Below are positions 1 to 11,286 of a DNA stretch of 64,000 bases, piece after piece (the stretch's first letter is position 1; each line of letters begins with the position of its first letter). This DNA comes from Lepidodermella squamata (taxonomy: Eukaryota; Animalia; Gastrotricha), in the NCBI GenBank assembly GCA_047495785.1, contig JBLDXI010000009.1:4960001-5024000 (forward strand), given 5' to 3'. The translations under genes and the position numbers were made by a program. Under the pieces are notes generated by a model. That model saw only the letters and a list, made by a program, of their open reading frames with translations. It was not told the origin of the DNA and did no database searches.

Positions 1-530
1 CAGGCAAAAATCTCAAGCTAAGGCGACGTCATGCTTGAAGATTTAGATTGGATGCGGTTGGTTTCATGAAGGAATTAATAAAAGCATTAAAAAGTACATC
101 GCAGGTCGACGCATTTGGATTCTTCAATAACACGGGTATGCACGCTAGAACTACGACTCGATCCTCGAAATTGCCATCCATCAACTTCTCTTCCAACAAT
201 ATGAAATACTGAAAAACACCAAATACATGAAATATCTAAACCTGGGTTTACTAAATTTTATATTTTTTGGGATCTATCCGAATATCCGGCTTGAAATGCT
301 GCTGAAAGTTGAAGTGTTTACGTGCCTTCTATTCCCACCTGCTCAATTACAATCTTGCAAGAAAGGTGTTCCTACCAGCGATGAATAGAATATTTTTACT
401 AATCCTCCCCTTGAGCCATACAAGATTACTTCTCCAAAAAGATCAAATACAAGATTACTCGATGCCTTACTCAGATATACTACGAACGACCACGGAGGGA
501 AATATTTAAATTACCGAGGGGAATTAAGCT

Positions 531-2317
531 TTAATGGATAAAGCTTACCGTGATATATTTCAACAAAGATTTCGGTCGAGTTTTTCGGAGACTATCCTGC
601 GCTCTTTTGTTGAAATATTCTTTCGCTGCTTCTAGCTCAACGATGATTTGTTTAACAAGATCGTCGAGCTTCGATTTTTGTTCGCCGATTTCCTGTTTAA
701 GCTTCCCCAGGTCCTCCTTTGACACTTTCTTTTGATCGTTGAAATGTTTACTTTCACTCTCGAATTCATCATACCGTTCAGACTGCTCTGGATTGTATTC
801 GTAAAAAGACTTTGTGACCCACTTGAACATCCCGTTTTCGTGGGGATAACTGCATTTAAACTGGTTGTAGAGTTGTTCTTGTCTAGCTGTTGCGCCGACC
901 CAGTCCTCAGAAGTTACGCTAGCAACGACGGCGGCCGCATCAGCAGCGACGGCAGCAGTAGCCACGTCTTCATCTGTTCTCATATCCTCACACACTGTAC
1001 AATAGCCATTCTTGAAAACGCGGCAAAAAAGTGCGCGTAACACTGAAAATCGGCATTTGCAGTTTGTGTCACAATTATGCTTGTGAAAATCGCACACGGT
1101 GTGTGTGTTCTTTGAATCATCATAAACCTTGATCACATGAAATGAAACTCAATTATTATATCATTTATTAGAGCTTTCCTTCAAACCTTTTCTCTAATCG
1201 ACCTGTGTTTGAAAGATCGCTTCATCAGGTCCGCTTGTTGATAGAGCACATTGAGATGCTGGTAGTCGAGGGTTTGGAGCTCAGAGTCCTTCTCGCTTTC
1301 TATCCTAATCTTTTCCAGAATGTCCATGATTTTGCGGGTAAGAATATCAAGCTTCTGGCGTAGAAGCTCTTCCTTGGCTTGCAATTTTTCATCCGCGGCA
1401 ATCATTCTTTTCGTCGACAATAGCTTGATGTTATCTACTTTTTCGAACCACGTTAGAAAATTGTCGAATTGCTCCGCCGAGATTTCATAAGTCATCTCGG
1501 CTAGCTTCTGTAGCTTTCCAGTTTCCATCTTGAAAGCTGCTCCGTTCTCAAAGAAGAACACATTTCTTTTCGGGATTTGCAATCCGTAGTCTCTCAGTAA
1601 TATCTCACGTATATCAGTTTCGCGTTTGATGGAATGAGTGACAATGACAGAGATGTTTTTCGCGACGTCGAAGCCAAAACGTTTAACAAACCAAGTTAAA
1701 AAGTTATGAATCGCCTGTTTGACGCTGTCATCTGATTCGCGTATGACTAGGCAAACGGCCGTTAGGCTAGATGTATTTTTCAAATAATCAGCGATCAGGT
1801 ATTCTGTTGCCTTATCACGCTGCTGGCCTTCATCGTCCCCATAACCTGGCGTATCGACGAGAGCCAGCGAATATGCCCGAGACGTTTCCAGTAACTTGTA
1901 CTCAGTAACGTCCTTCGTTAGCGAAACATACTTTAGCGGAGCCCCCGCCGACGATTTGGCGTGAGTTTTTTGTCCTCCTTCGAAGGATTTCGGAATTACT
2001 TGAAATCGATATTTATCATAGCAGGAAATGCCGAGTAGGAAATTTATCAACGCGTTCAAAAAAGTGGTTTTTCCTGACCGTGATCCTCCAATAACTAGCA
2101 ATCGGCGGAATTTCCCATCTACATTTCCGGCTTCCGCTGAGGTGGGTAGACATAAAGATCTGATTGTTCCCGGAGTGAAATTTCCAGTAATGCGAGGTGT
2201 GTAGCCAGGTAACGGGGCGGGCTCGTTCGACGGTGAGTATAAGTGTAAGCCATCAATCTCCCCATGGTACTTGATATCTTTACCTATTTGTCCAGATATT
2301 TTAGCCGGAATCTCCAT
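531..2317 (-). CDS. Divergent AIG1/septin-like P-loop GTPase with coiled coil and Cys/His-rich C-terminal region (exons 2317-1187, 1127-531)
   Basis: G1 GGSRSGKT, G3 VDTPGYGD, AVCLV strand, then coiled coil and HTVCDFHKHNCDTNCKC...CTVC. A 59-nt GT-AG intron (1186-1128) joins ORFs 1181..2383 and 531..1136 in frame. First in-frame ATG is 2317; the ORF-track start is GTG. Confidence 0.7.
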
Positions 2318-3681
2318 AAGTAAAGCAGACCTAAAATTTAATGAACGAGTTGCATTACATGGGAGATGAGACTCAAAAGACACATTAGTGATTTTTAGAG
2401 CTGATTTTTAGAGCTGATAACAATTGTGTTTAACTTATATGGATGAAGAACGATTCACATCAGTGCTTCTTAACGCGATTAGCCATAAAATTACGCCATC
2501 AAAAAATGTCAAATAAACAGGGGTGTTTCGCAGTAACGATTGTGTTCAAGATGGCTGCAAAATAAAGATATTAGTACCCGAATCGCTTATCGGATCGCAA
2601 TCTCGTATTTCGTCTATAGATCTGTACTATATTCAGTTATTTACTAAATATTTCGCCTGAAAAACATTTAATTTTACGATATTTCACCGCGAATTTGATA
2701 ACGAAAGATTCATCTCAGTGTAATTTATTACTACAAATTTACGAGGCTGGTAAAATGTATGGTCATTTTAATGAAACCAAAGCAACCAAAGGAATTGCTG
2801 TAGCAAGAATGGGTTTGCTATATGTGGCGAAAAACTGTCAAAAGCCATAAGAAGTTGCGAACGGGAATAAACTAATGGAGACAGAGGCTCCTGTGTCTGC
2901 ATAAACTAGGTGGCGACAGCGAGTTCCATGGAAATTCGAGTATAATCTATATAATATGTTATAGATGTCTCATATATTATTCATAAGCGTCTATGTCAGA
3001 ATTTCGGAACAAACAGAGATAAGATAAAATATGGGCAATTCCTCAGAATTTTGTGAAAAATGTTCATCTTGTGGAACACAAAAAGTTTAGGGTAAATTTA
3101 CCTAAATATGGATAACGAAATGCCAACAATTTGTCGGACCCTATGTAGCAGCTTCTCGGGTCATGTTCGAGTGAAAAACATGTGTCAGCGAATAGCCAGA
3201 AGAATATAGATAAGAATACTTAAGAACTATGGCTCTCGCTCCATGGCATGCGGCCTTGAGGTGGCTGAATACCTGAAGTTCGTCGCGAAAATACAGCCTG
3301 CTAATGAAACAGCGCCACAGGTGCTTGAAAGCAAATGCCCTGCGTGGCACCTCCGAAACGCAGTAGGTAGCTTCCTCAGCCGCGACGATTGATAGCCGCC
3401 AATGGATTTTACTATAACGCTCTAAATACATTGAACCTTTTTACATTGCGAATTCTAATAGAAAGCTACGAATGGCATGATACCACTTTTACCCTCATTT
3501 TATATATTTTTACACTACATACATGATTGTTTTGATTTTTGATACATTTTACTCGTTATGAGGCTCGAGTCAACGCGCCGAGAGCGTCTATGACGGATGG
3601 TGGTACAAATAAAATCCTTCACATGGCCATAGATCCACCTTAAAATCGCATGTGATTACCATGCACCGTTCAAGTGAGATA

Positions 3682-4815
3682 CCGTAACGGTCCCTAACTT
3701 TGGACAAAACACGTTTTTTAATTTAAAAAAATTAACCTTTCGTCTGAAAAATTTGGAAAAATATTCGAAACCTCGGGGCGAATATTCTAGATCGACAGGT
3801 AAATTTTGAGAAATTTCGGAGGTCACCTTGATTTTTAAGAAATATATTAAGAAACCTCTAAATTTGGACAGAAAGCCCCAAATTTGGACACTTCATTTGC
3901 ATATGCTAATTAGAACTTACGCTAATTGTATTTCATGTTGCGCAATTTTTCTCGTGTTTTTAAAAGCGATTTTGCCAACGATTTTAGACTAGAATAATGC
4001 TACTACCGATTTTAATCAATTATCGTCAAAACTAATGCAGATAAACTCTATACATCCGGCTTTAATACCTTTAACGGACCATGATTTTTCTGAGAACCAT
4101 GATAAACCGGGTAAAAATGTCTCTTGCTTGAAAAGTAGACAGAGTAATATCAATCAGGGGTTAAACCACGGTTTGAGTGAGTAATAAAGTTTCTTTATCC
4201 CTGAATTCTACCTGAATCTACCGGACGGGGATTTTCATTTGTCCGAACCATTATCATGCTCTCTAGCCAGAATGATGAAGCAGCGTAATGTGCTAGGTTG
4301 CACAACCTGGCAGGCAGCAGACTAGGTTTCGTGCTTTAGCTAAACTTTCAAGGTTCCAGCAATGTCTAGCCATCCTTTTTAAAAACTCACCAAAAGCATA
4401 CGTTTCATTTGCATATGCATACAGAAAAAAATAGCATTAAAAGCGTCCAAATTTAGAGGCAAAATTCATTATCACCTGTATCGAAATTGGCTCGTTTATC
4501 CGCCGAGATTTTTTTACAGTATTTAGTTCAGGTAAAACCGTGTGAGCAAAACAATTTTCAGCCCCAACCGTTCACAGGTGAGCGTTTGGCAAGGGGGGTC
4601 CCAAAACACATTTCTGAGTGATCGAGCGTCGGCGATTTTTTCCAAATCGATGGTATATGGAAGTATTGCCAAATTTGGTACCGATGGAAAGCCCAAAAGG
4701 CGAGCTATTTTTCAGTGCGATTTGCCACTTTGTATCAGTTGTGTACAAACAGATATTCAGGGCCAAAGCTCAGAGCGTCCACATTTAGGGTGTCCAAATT
4801 TAGGGACCGATCCGG
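3682..4815. mobile_element. Non-autonomous Tc1/mariner-pogo-type DNA transposon (~1.13 kb)
   Basis: Imperfect TIRs CCGTAACGGTCCCTAACTTTGGACA / TGTCCAAATTTAGGGACCGATCCGG, flanked by TA on both sides. Internal copies of the AAATTTGGAC motif. No transposase ORF. Confidence 0.75.
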
Positions 4816-5224
4816 TACTGCTACTGCAAAAACACCAAATTTTATTATGCAGGTATAGCCTTGCCCTGTTCTTATTATTTGTTGAAAACGTGTTCCCCAA
4901 ATATGAGATGAGCTCGGTCTCATACGACTTCTTCTTCGTGGACCTGACGTAGCAAATCATGGTAACAGTTATTCATGAACTTATCTGACTGAAATAATGG
5001 CCAATCTTTACTAACATTTTTGAACATTTCGGCATTGGACTAATGAAATGCTGCCGTCGTTTGGGGTCAAAATTTGGCGCTTTGAGCGATTCGGCCGAAA
5101 ATGAGGTCATGACAAACCAGTATTTATAGGTGAGTGTTGGCTCTTGGCGGGTATAAACGACCCCTGTAAATTGAGTTATTTGGGAGTTGGGACCAGTCGG
5201 GAAAAAACTTAGAGGCACGAAAAA

Positions 5225-5468
5225 GTCTATAGCAGAGGCTCAAAAACCTTAGAAACTCAGCAAGGAACTTTTGTTGACGAACTGTAGGAAATGTTAGACC
5301 ATGAAGGACTATTTTAAAGAGCTCTTAGAGGGGTGCTGAACTTTTCCAGGAGACGAACCCCCAAATGTGGTTTCGAACTCAGATATAATAGGAATATCCA
5401 TCGATGAAGTTAAGAGCGCTATAGACCACATGAAAAACGGCAAAGCCCCAGGAATAGAAGAAATCGAC
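5225..5468 (+). mobile_element. Decayed non-LTR retrotransposon (LINE) ORF2 fragment
   Basis: Reads ...KDYFKELL...DEVKSAIDHMKNGKAPGIEEI, the motif preceding LINE reverse transcriptase. About 95 bp match 62692-62784 on the minus strand. Confidence 0.7.
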
Positions 5469-5524
5469 CCGACATGATTACTGATTCGTTATTTGCATGC
5501 TTCTCTTGGTAAAAGCATAATTAA

Positions 5525-5683
5525 AGGTGCCAAGTAGGTATAACTCATTTCGAGTGGTAGCCATTTTCATGTATAAAACAGACAATGCCATCGCGTTTCT
5601 CGCTCCGTATCAATACCGGATCAATTTAGAATAAATACTTGTTTTCTATTTCTGCGAAATTTCGAAAAAACCACTTGGCACCT
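5525..5683. mobile_element. Small MITE, possibly Kolobok-like
   Basis: TIR AGGTGCCAAGT / ACTTGGCACCT. TTAA on the left, degenerate TTAC on the right. Confidence 0.4.
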
Positions 5684-6057
5684 TTACTCGGGATACCAGC
5701 AAGCTGATAAATTCTTGAAAAAAAAATATTAAAAAAATCGTAAAAAAAACTCTTATGTTGACCGATTTCAAAATTGTACGAAAATTGTACGATTTCAAGC
5801 AAAGATAGTGCAGTTTTAAATAAGACTTTTACTCGAAAAAAACAGCGTTTATTGTCCTTTTCAGCAGACCAATAATATTTCGTGTAATAGGCTATGCATT
5901 TTTCACAACATCGATTCTCCTAAACTAGAATGAGAGCGTGGCTCACCGTGGAATTAACACACCGAGACAGAGAAAGCATCGGAATCACCAAGTTATAAAT
6001 TGCATTATTCTGGTTATTTTACGTTCGCGAAAGAACGGCAAGAAGACAACGTAATTT

Positions 6058-6820
6058 CTAGGTCGAAATCGTGTGCAGGTAGTCCTTGAGCTGGGCCGGC
6101 GTCAAGCGGCGGAAACCGGTCTTGTCACAAACGCCAACTTCAATGTTGGTCTCGTTCATCTGGCCCTCGAAGCCTTCCTTCAACGTCAAAATCGCCGTGT
6201 GGATCACGTCGTCGAGTTCAAGCGTGTCCGAGTAGCGTTTCTCGAGGAAAGTCTTCGCGTTGATGTAGTTCTTGCCCAACGCCGTCGCTTTCCAGGCGAA
6301 ATACGCGCCGGACGGATCGCACTGGTAGAGATGGGGCTTTCCGGAGTGTTCGTCGAATCCGGCGATGAGGAGCGAGACGCCGAACGGGCGCACACCACCG
6401 GATTGCGTGTACTCTTGCATGACGAAGGCCAGGCGCTGGACGAGCTGCAACGTCGGGATTGGCTCGCCGTACAACTGGGCGTACTGCTCGGCCTGCTTGC
6501 GAGCATTGCGGACGAGGACCCGGAAATCGGGGCCAAGGCCGGAGTACACGATGCCAATGTTCGGCGTGATGGGTTCGACCTTGCTGTATGAGCTCTCGTC
6601 GTACAGCAAGTTCTTTTGCTTTTTATCAGTGGCCAGAACCACGCAGTTCTTGGCTATAACCATGAAGTTAAAGTTGTAGTGGGAACGTCAGGGCGGTGAA
6701 CTTACTCTTGATAGCGACAGATTGCTGACCGGCAGCGACAGCAGCCAAGGCGTATTCGATTTGAACCAACTTGCCCGACGGGCTGAAAGTTGTCAGGGAG
6801 AAACTGTAACGCTCCGCCAT
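6058..6820 (-). CDS. PSMA2: Proteasome subunit alpha type-2 (exons 6820-6706, 6653-6058)
   Basis: [29 protein letters not shown]-terminus, [30 protein letters not shown]. 52-nt GT-AG intron. Confidence 0.97.
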
Positions 6821-7106
6821 TAAATTAAGAGAAACCTAGTTAAGTTGAAAAAGTTATAGCTATGTTGTAAAATATTGCTGAGTGACGGAAACGTTAAGAA
6901 AAGACCCAGTGTCTGCGAGTTTAACGCAATTCACAAACTAAGCAACTGAATTGATGGCCATTGATGCCTGAAAACGCATCGATAAATCATTTAAGCTATC
7001 ATGTACCGAGCCCTTAACAATCGCTACAGCAATACTGCAACCGAGTCCATCCATTAGACCAAAAATATACGGTTAACACACTTGCTATGAGCAAGTAATC
7101 TTCATG

Positions 7107-8344
7107 GGCACTCTTGCAGTTGTGGTATGGTCAGTTGCTCCTTCACTTGCTCCCGGTCACTTGCTCCCAAGTTCACTTGCTCCCTCTCTTGCTCCCGGTC
7201 ACTTGCTCCCGAGTTCACTCGCTCTCAAGTTCTCCTGCTACCGGTCATTTGCTCCCAAGCTCACTTGCTCCCAAAAAATGTTCACTTGTTCTTGAGTTCA
7301 ATTGCTCCCAAAAAATGTTCACTTGCTTCTAAAATTTAGCCGTTTCAGATTCCATACGCCCAAGCATTGTTTCCCAAGCAGCTGCTTCCTAAGCAAGTGA
7401 TTCCCAAGCATCACGCTTAGAGAGCACTGCTTCACAAGCATTGCTTCCCAAGCAGGCAAACCGAAATGGCTAAGCAATCACTGCTTCTGAAGCAGTTGCT
7501 TCCCAAGCAATCAGAGTTGCGCATTTTTCACCGCTGAACCACAAAAGCTATCATAGTAAATCGCAAGTAAAGACAATAATTATATTGTTTGGTTACCAAC
7601 TAATGCAGCTCGATCAATCGCACCCTTAGACCTCCACCCTAGCCGCCCTCTATCGTAAGCGACGCGCCAAAACAACCACTTTGACGACTCATTCGATTGT
7701 AATTCAAGGAAACTAACTAAATGATGCAGTTTGTTCGGCTTTATTAGCGTTGATCGCACTGATCGTAATCTGCATTCAAGGGCCGACCGTACTTCCCATA
7801 AAAAATCCATAAATAGTAATGTGATGGTTTTGGCGCGTCGCTAAGGACTAAGGAAATCCAGATATGAAAATGAAATATATTTTTCTTTAACTTTTCATTT
7901 TTACTGTTGAAATCATTGATCAACTGTCGATTGATCATGCAACGTGTTGCGCACCCGCGGTAACAGGGCTAAATAGCGAATTTCTTTAAAATCTAATTTG
8001 CTCGAATAGTATTGCTTCCCAATGAATTGCTTGGGAATCACTTGCTTGGGAAGCAGCTGCTTGGGAAACAATGCTTGGGAAGCATTTCATGGCGTATGGA
8101 ATCTGAAACGGCTAAATTTTAGAAGCAAGTGAACATTTTTTGGGAGCAATTGAACTCAAGAACAAGTGAACATTTTTTGGGAGCAAGTGAGCTTGGGAGC
8201 AAATGACCGGTAGCAGGAGAACTTGAGAGCGAGTGAACTCGGGAGCAAGTGACCGGGAGCAAGAGAGGGAGCAAGTGAACTTGGGAGCAAGTGACCGGGA
8301 GCAAGTGAAGGAGCAACTGACCATACCACAACTGCAAGAGTGCC
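7107..8344. mobile_element. Foldback-type non-autonomous DNA transposon with ~253-bp TIRs and 8-bp TSD (Merlin-like)
   Basis: Arms 7107-7359 and 8091-8344 are essentially perfect inverted copies built from CACTTGCTCCC subrepeats, with inner CCCAAGCA subrepeats. Termini GG...CC. TSD TCTTCATG at 7099-7106 and 8345-8352. Confidence 0.9.
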
Positions 8345-9046
8345 TCTTCATGTACTTATGTTCCTTTGTTGAAAAAGCGGAATTCAACTGAGAAAGACTT
8401 CTGTATTTAGTAGATACAATTTATCGGACATTGCAACTCATCATTATTATCATAACTATGCGCAAAAAACAGCCCAATGCTTAAGAAGTGGACTCTTCTA
8501 TATCACAACGCAAGCTTTGACTGAAGACCTCCTGAAAAGTATCGTATGAATTTGGGCATTTCACCGGTTATATTGAAATTATCAGTAATTATTTACTAAT
8601 GACGATTATAGTTATTCATCAAATTTCGAGTGAGAATGCGGGGTAGCAAACAATTTTAAAACTATTTATGCCATCCTGGTGTAATTTGCTCACAGCTTTC
8701 AGCCCATGTGCATTGCGAAAAACGTCGACTCTGCAGCTTTCTGCAATTGCAGGAATTAGTTCGGAATAAAAGAAAGCCCAGTAGTGACCTAGAAATGACT
8801 AATTTCATAACTTCTGAGAATAACTTCTTTTTGAGTCATGACAGAAAGCATTCCCGTATACATTAAACATTAAAAATGGGATGATTAGGGATTACTTAGA
8901 CATTTTAGCTAGACATCTCCCATGTGGCAAGTTTGAAGTTTTACGAGGTCAGACATGGAAAAAGCTTATCATTTTGGAGTAGTGATGAAGGCGCCTAGTT
9001 TTGTTAAGGAGAAACTATTGGAAATCAGTAAGATTGATGAGTTGAT

Positions 9047-9215
9047 GATGAGTTATGATGTTTTTGAATATTCAGTCTTCCACATTTTCCATGAATCTTC
9101 ATCTTTGGACTCGAGAGCTATTGCCAACCAACGTAACCTTCGAAGTCTCGAGTCCAAAGATGAAGATTCATGGAAAATGTGGAAGACTGAATATTAAAAA
9201 AAATCATAACTCATC
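9047..9215. repeat. Long hairpin/palindrome (~70-bp arms, ~29-nt loop)
   Basis: AATATTCAGTCTTCCACATTTTCCATGAATCTTCATCTTTGGACTCGAGA is followed by its exact reverse complement. Outer arms are imperfect. Confidence 0.9.
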
Positions 9216-9785
9216 GCTAAGACTGCGTTGCGAGCCTCCGACAACTTGACAACAGCTGTGAGCTGTGCGAGAAATGCTGTCTCAAGCCAAACATAGAAAC
9301 CCTTCGAACAGAAAAAGCGGATCGAAGATTCAGCTGATTCGTCAGACGCGGGTTTTTCCAAAATTCATACGCATTTGCTTTTCATGGTTTTTAGTTTTAA
9401 GAATTTCCATTACTATTTCAAAATCGTTTTTGTATATTATCCGTCATTGAGCAGAATTATTGTAAAATACAAGGATTTTTAGCGGGAGAGCGAGGGTATC
9501 TGATATTTCCGGTTTGGGGGAAATCACCCCACCAAGTCCATGAATCAATCATGAGGGCGAATCGGTTTCCCTGGTTGCTCTTGTAAGATACTTGGCACCT
9601 AATAGCATCGTGATAGCGTTGCTTTTTTGACCTTGAGAATGATTTTTAACAGGGCTAGTTTTTAGTGTTGACTACGTGTGGGATAAACGTCGCGATGATG
9701 AGACCTGGAGTTCCAACTTTCGTAGAATGAGCATTGAGCATACCCGATTCTAATTTCCTAGAATATTGCTTAATAATTGAGCCGA

Positions 9786-11201
9786 ATGACATTAAAAGCG
9801 GCACTGCTGCTCGTAGCATTGCATCTATGTCATGCGGAATATTTGCCAACTTGGGAATCAGTTGATTCTCGCCCGTTGCCTAGATGGTACGATGAATCGA
9901 AAATCGGAATTTTTATTCACTGGGGAGTGTTCTCAGTGCCCAGCTTTCATAGTGAATGGTTCTGGCATTATTGGAAAATAAATCGTACTGAATATGTGAA
10001 ATTCATGGCTGATCAATATCCACCTTCATTTACGTATCAAGATTTTGCCCGTGATTTCGACGCGTACTTATTTGATCCGAATTGGTGGGCTGAGTTGATT
10101 CGTGATTCTGGAGCGAAATATGTTGTTCTAACCACCAAGCATCATGAAGGCTTCACGCTATGGCCGTCGAATGTGTCGTTCAGCTGGAACGCTAAAGATG
10201 CTGGCCCTAATTGCGACTTGGTTGGAGACCTCGCTTTTGCTATTCGAAATACCACTCCCGAAGTAAAATTCGGCGTCTATCATTCAATGTTCGAATGGTT
10301 CAACCCGTTGCATACGCAGGATGAAGCGAATCACTACAAAACGAATAGATTCGCCTTGTTCAAAACGATTCCAGAAATGTACGAGCTGATTAACACTTAC
10401 AAGCCTGAACTATTTTGGTCAGATGGAGATGGCGGTAAACCATACACGTATTGGAACTCGACTGGTTTTCTTGCCTGGTTATACAACGACAGTCCGGTCA
10501 AAGATACTATCGTTGTGAACGATCGATGGGGTGACGATACTGCTTGTAAACACGGTGGATATTGGACCTGTGATGATCGCTATAACCCAGGTCACTTGAT
10601 ACCGCACAAATGGGAAAATTGCTACACTCTAGACAAAAACTCCTGGGGTTACAACAGAGCTGCCGCATTGAAAGACTACCTCACAGAGTTAGAGGTGATA
10701 ACCACCCTAGCCCAAACTGTCAGCTGCGGGGGTAATTTGTTGCTGAACATGGGTCCAAGAAAGGACGGTCGCATTGATCCGCTCATGGAAGAGAGATTGC
10801 GTCAAATGGGTAAATGGCTGCGAACAAACGGCGACGCTATCTACAAATCTCAACCATGGATTTACCAGCAAGAAGATTCTCAACCTATTTGGTACACAGC
10901 AAAAAAATCTGGCAAACAGGTCACGGTCTACGCGATTGTTCTCGCCTGGCCTGCAGATGATTCTTTGGTTCTATCGAAAGTTTCGCCAACTTCGGATACA
11001 AAAATCACGATGTTGGGCTGTAATAATGGACCGCTGAAATGGCGTGATAATGCTGAAAAAGCCGGTGTGATTGTTGATTTTAGCTCAATTTCGTTCGGTG
11101 ATATTCCTAGCACTGTTGCCTGGGTGTTGAAAATCGAGAATCTTGCCAAGTCTCAGCAGGTTATTCACCCGACTTACGTTAAAAACTACATTTTTCAGTG
11201 A
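9786..11201 (+). CDS. FUCA: Alpha-L-fucosidase (GH29), copy 1, intronless
   Basis: Signal peptide, [25 protein letters not shown] nucleophile motif, [17 protein letters not shown]. Single uninterrupted ORF from ATG 9786. Confidence 0.95.
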   Translation: MTLKAALLLVALHLCHAEYLPTWESVDSRPLPRWYDESKIGIFIHWGVFSVPSFHSEWFWHYWKINRTEYVKFMADQYPPSFTYQDFARDFDAYLFDPNWWAELIRDSGAKYVVLTTKHHEGFTLWPSNVSFSWNAKDAGPNCDLVGDLAFAIRNTTPEVKFGVYHSMFEWFNPLHTQDEANHYKTNRFALFKTIPEMYELINTYKPELFWSDGDGGKPYTYWNSTGFLAWLYNDSPVKDTIVVNDRWGDDTACKHGGYWTCDDRYNPGHLIPHKWENCYTLDKNSWGYNRAAALKDYLTELEVITTLAQTVSCGGNLLLNMGPRKDGRIDPLMEERLRQMGKWLRTNGDAIYKSQPWIYQQEDSQPIWYTAKKSGKQVTVYAIVLAWPADDSLVLSKVSPTSDTKITMLGCNNGPLKWRDNAEKAGVIVDFSSISFGDIPSTVAWVLKIENLAKSQQVIHPTYVKNYIFQ

Positions 11202-11286
11202 TCCTTTTTCTAAATTGTTTTTCATTTTCTTTTTCTATGTTGTTGCATTAAATGCATTTTTATCAAAAAAATTGATTGCGGTTAGA

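Noticed and set aside
2547-2558. YY1-like CAAGATGGC motif, and ETS-like CCGGAAGTG motifs elsewhere (~30481, ~40864)
   Set aside because: Short motifs expected by chance in 64 kb, with no TSS evidence available.
6073-6679. Long overlapping ORFs across PSMA2 (similar ones over FUCA, JAZF1, TMBIM and UBXN4)
   Set aside because: Shadow frames caused by GC3-rich codon usage, with no recognisable protein features.
7104-8387. Mirror-image short ORFs at 7104-7339 and 8112-8387; the repeat array could be mistaken for CRISPR
   Set aside because: These are translations of the foldback TIRs. There are no unique spacers or cas genes, and the DNA is eukaryotic.
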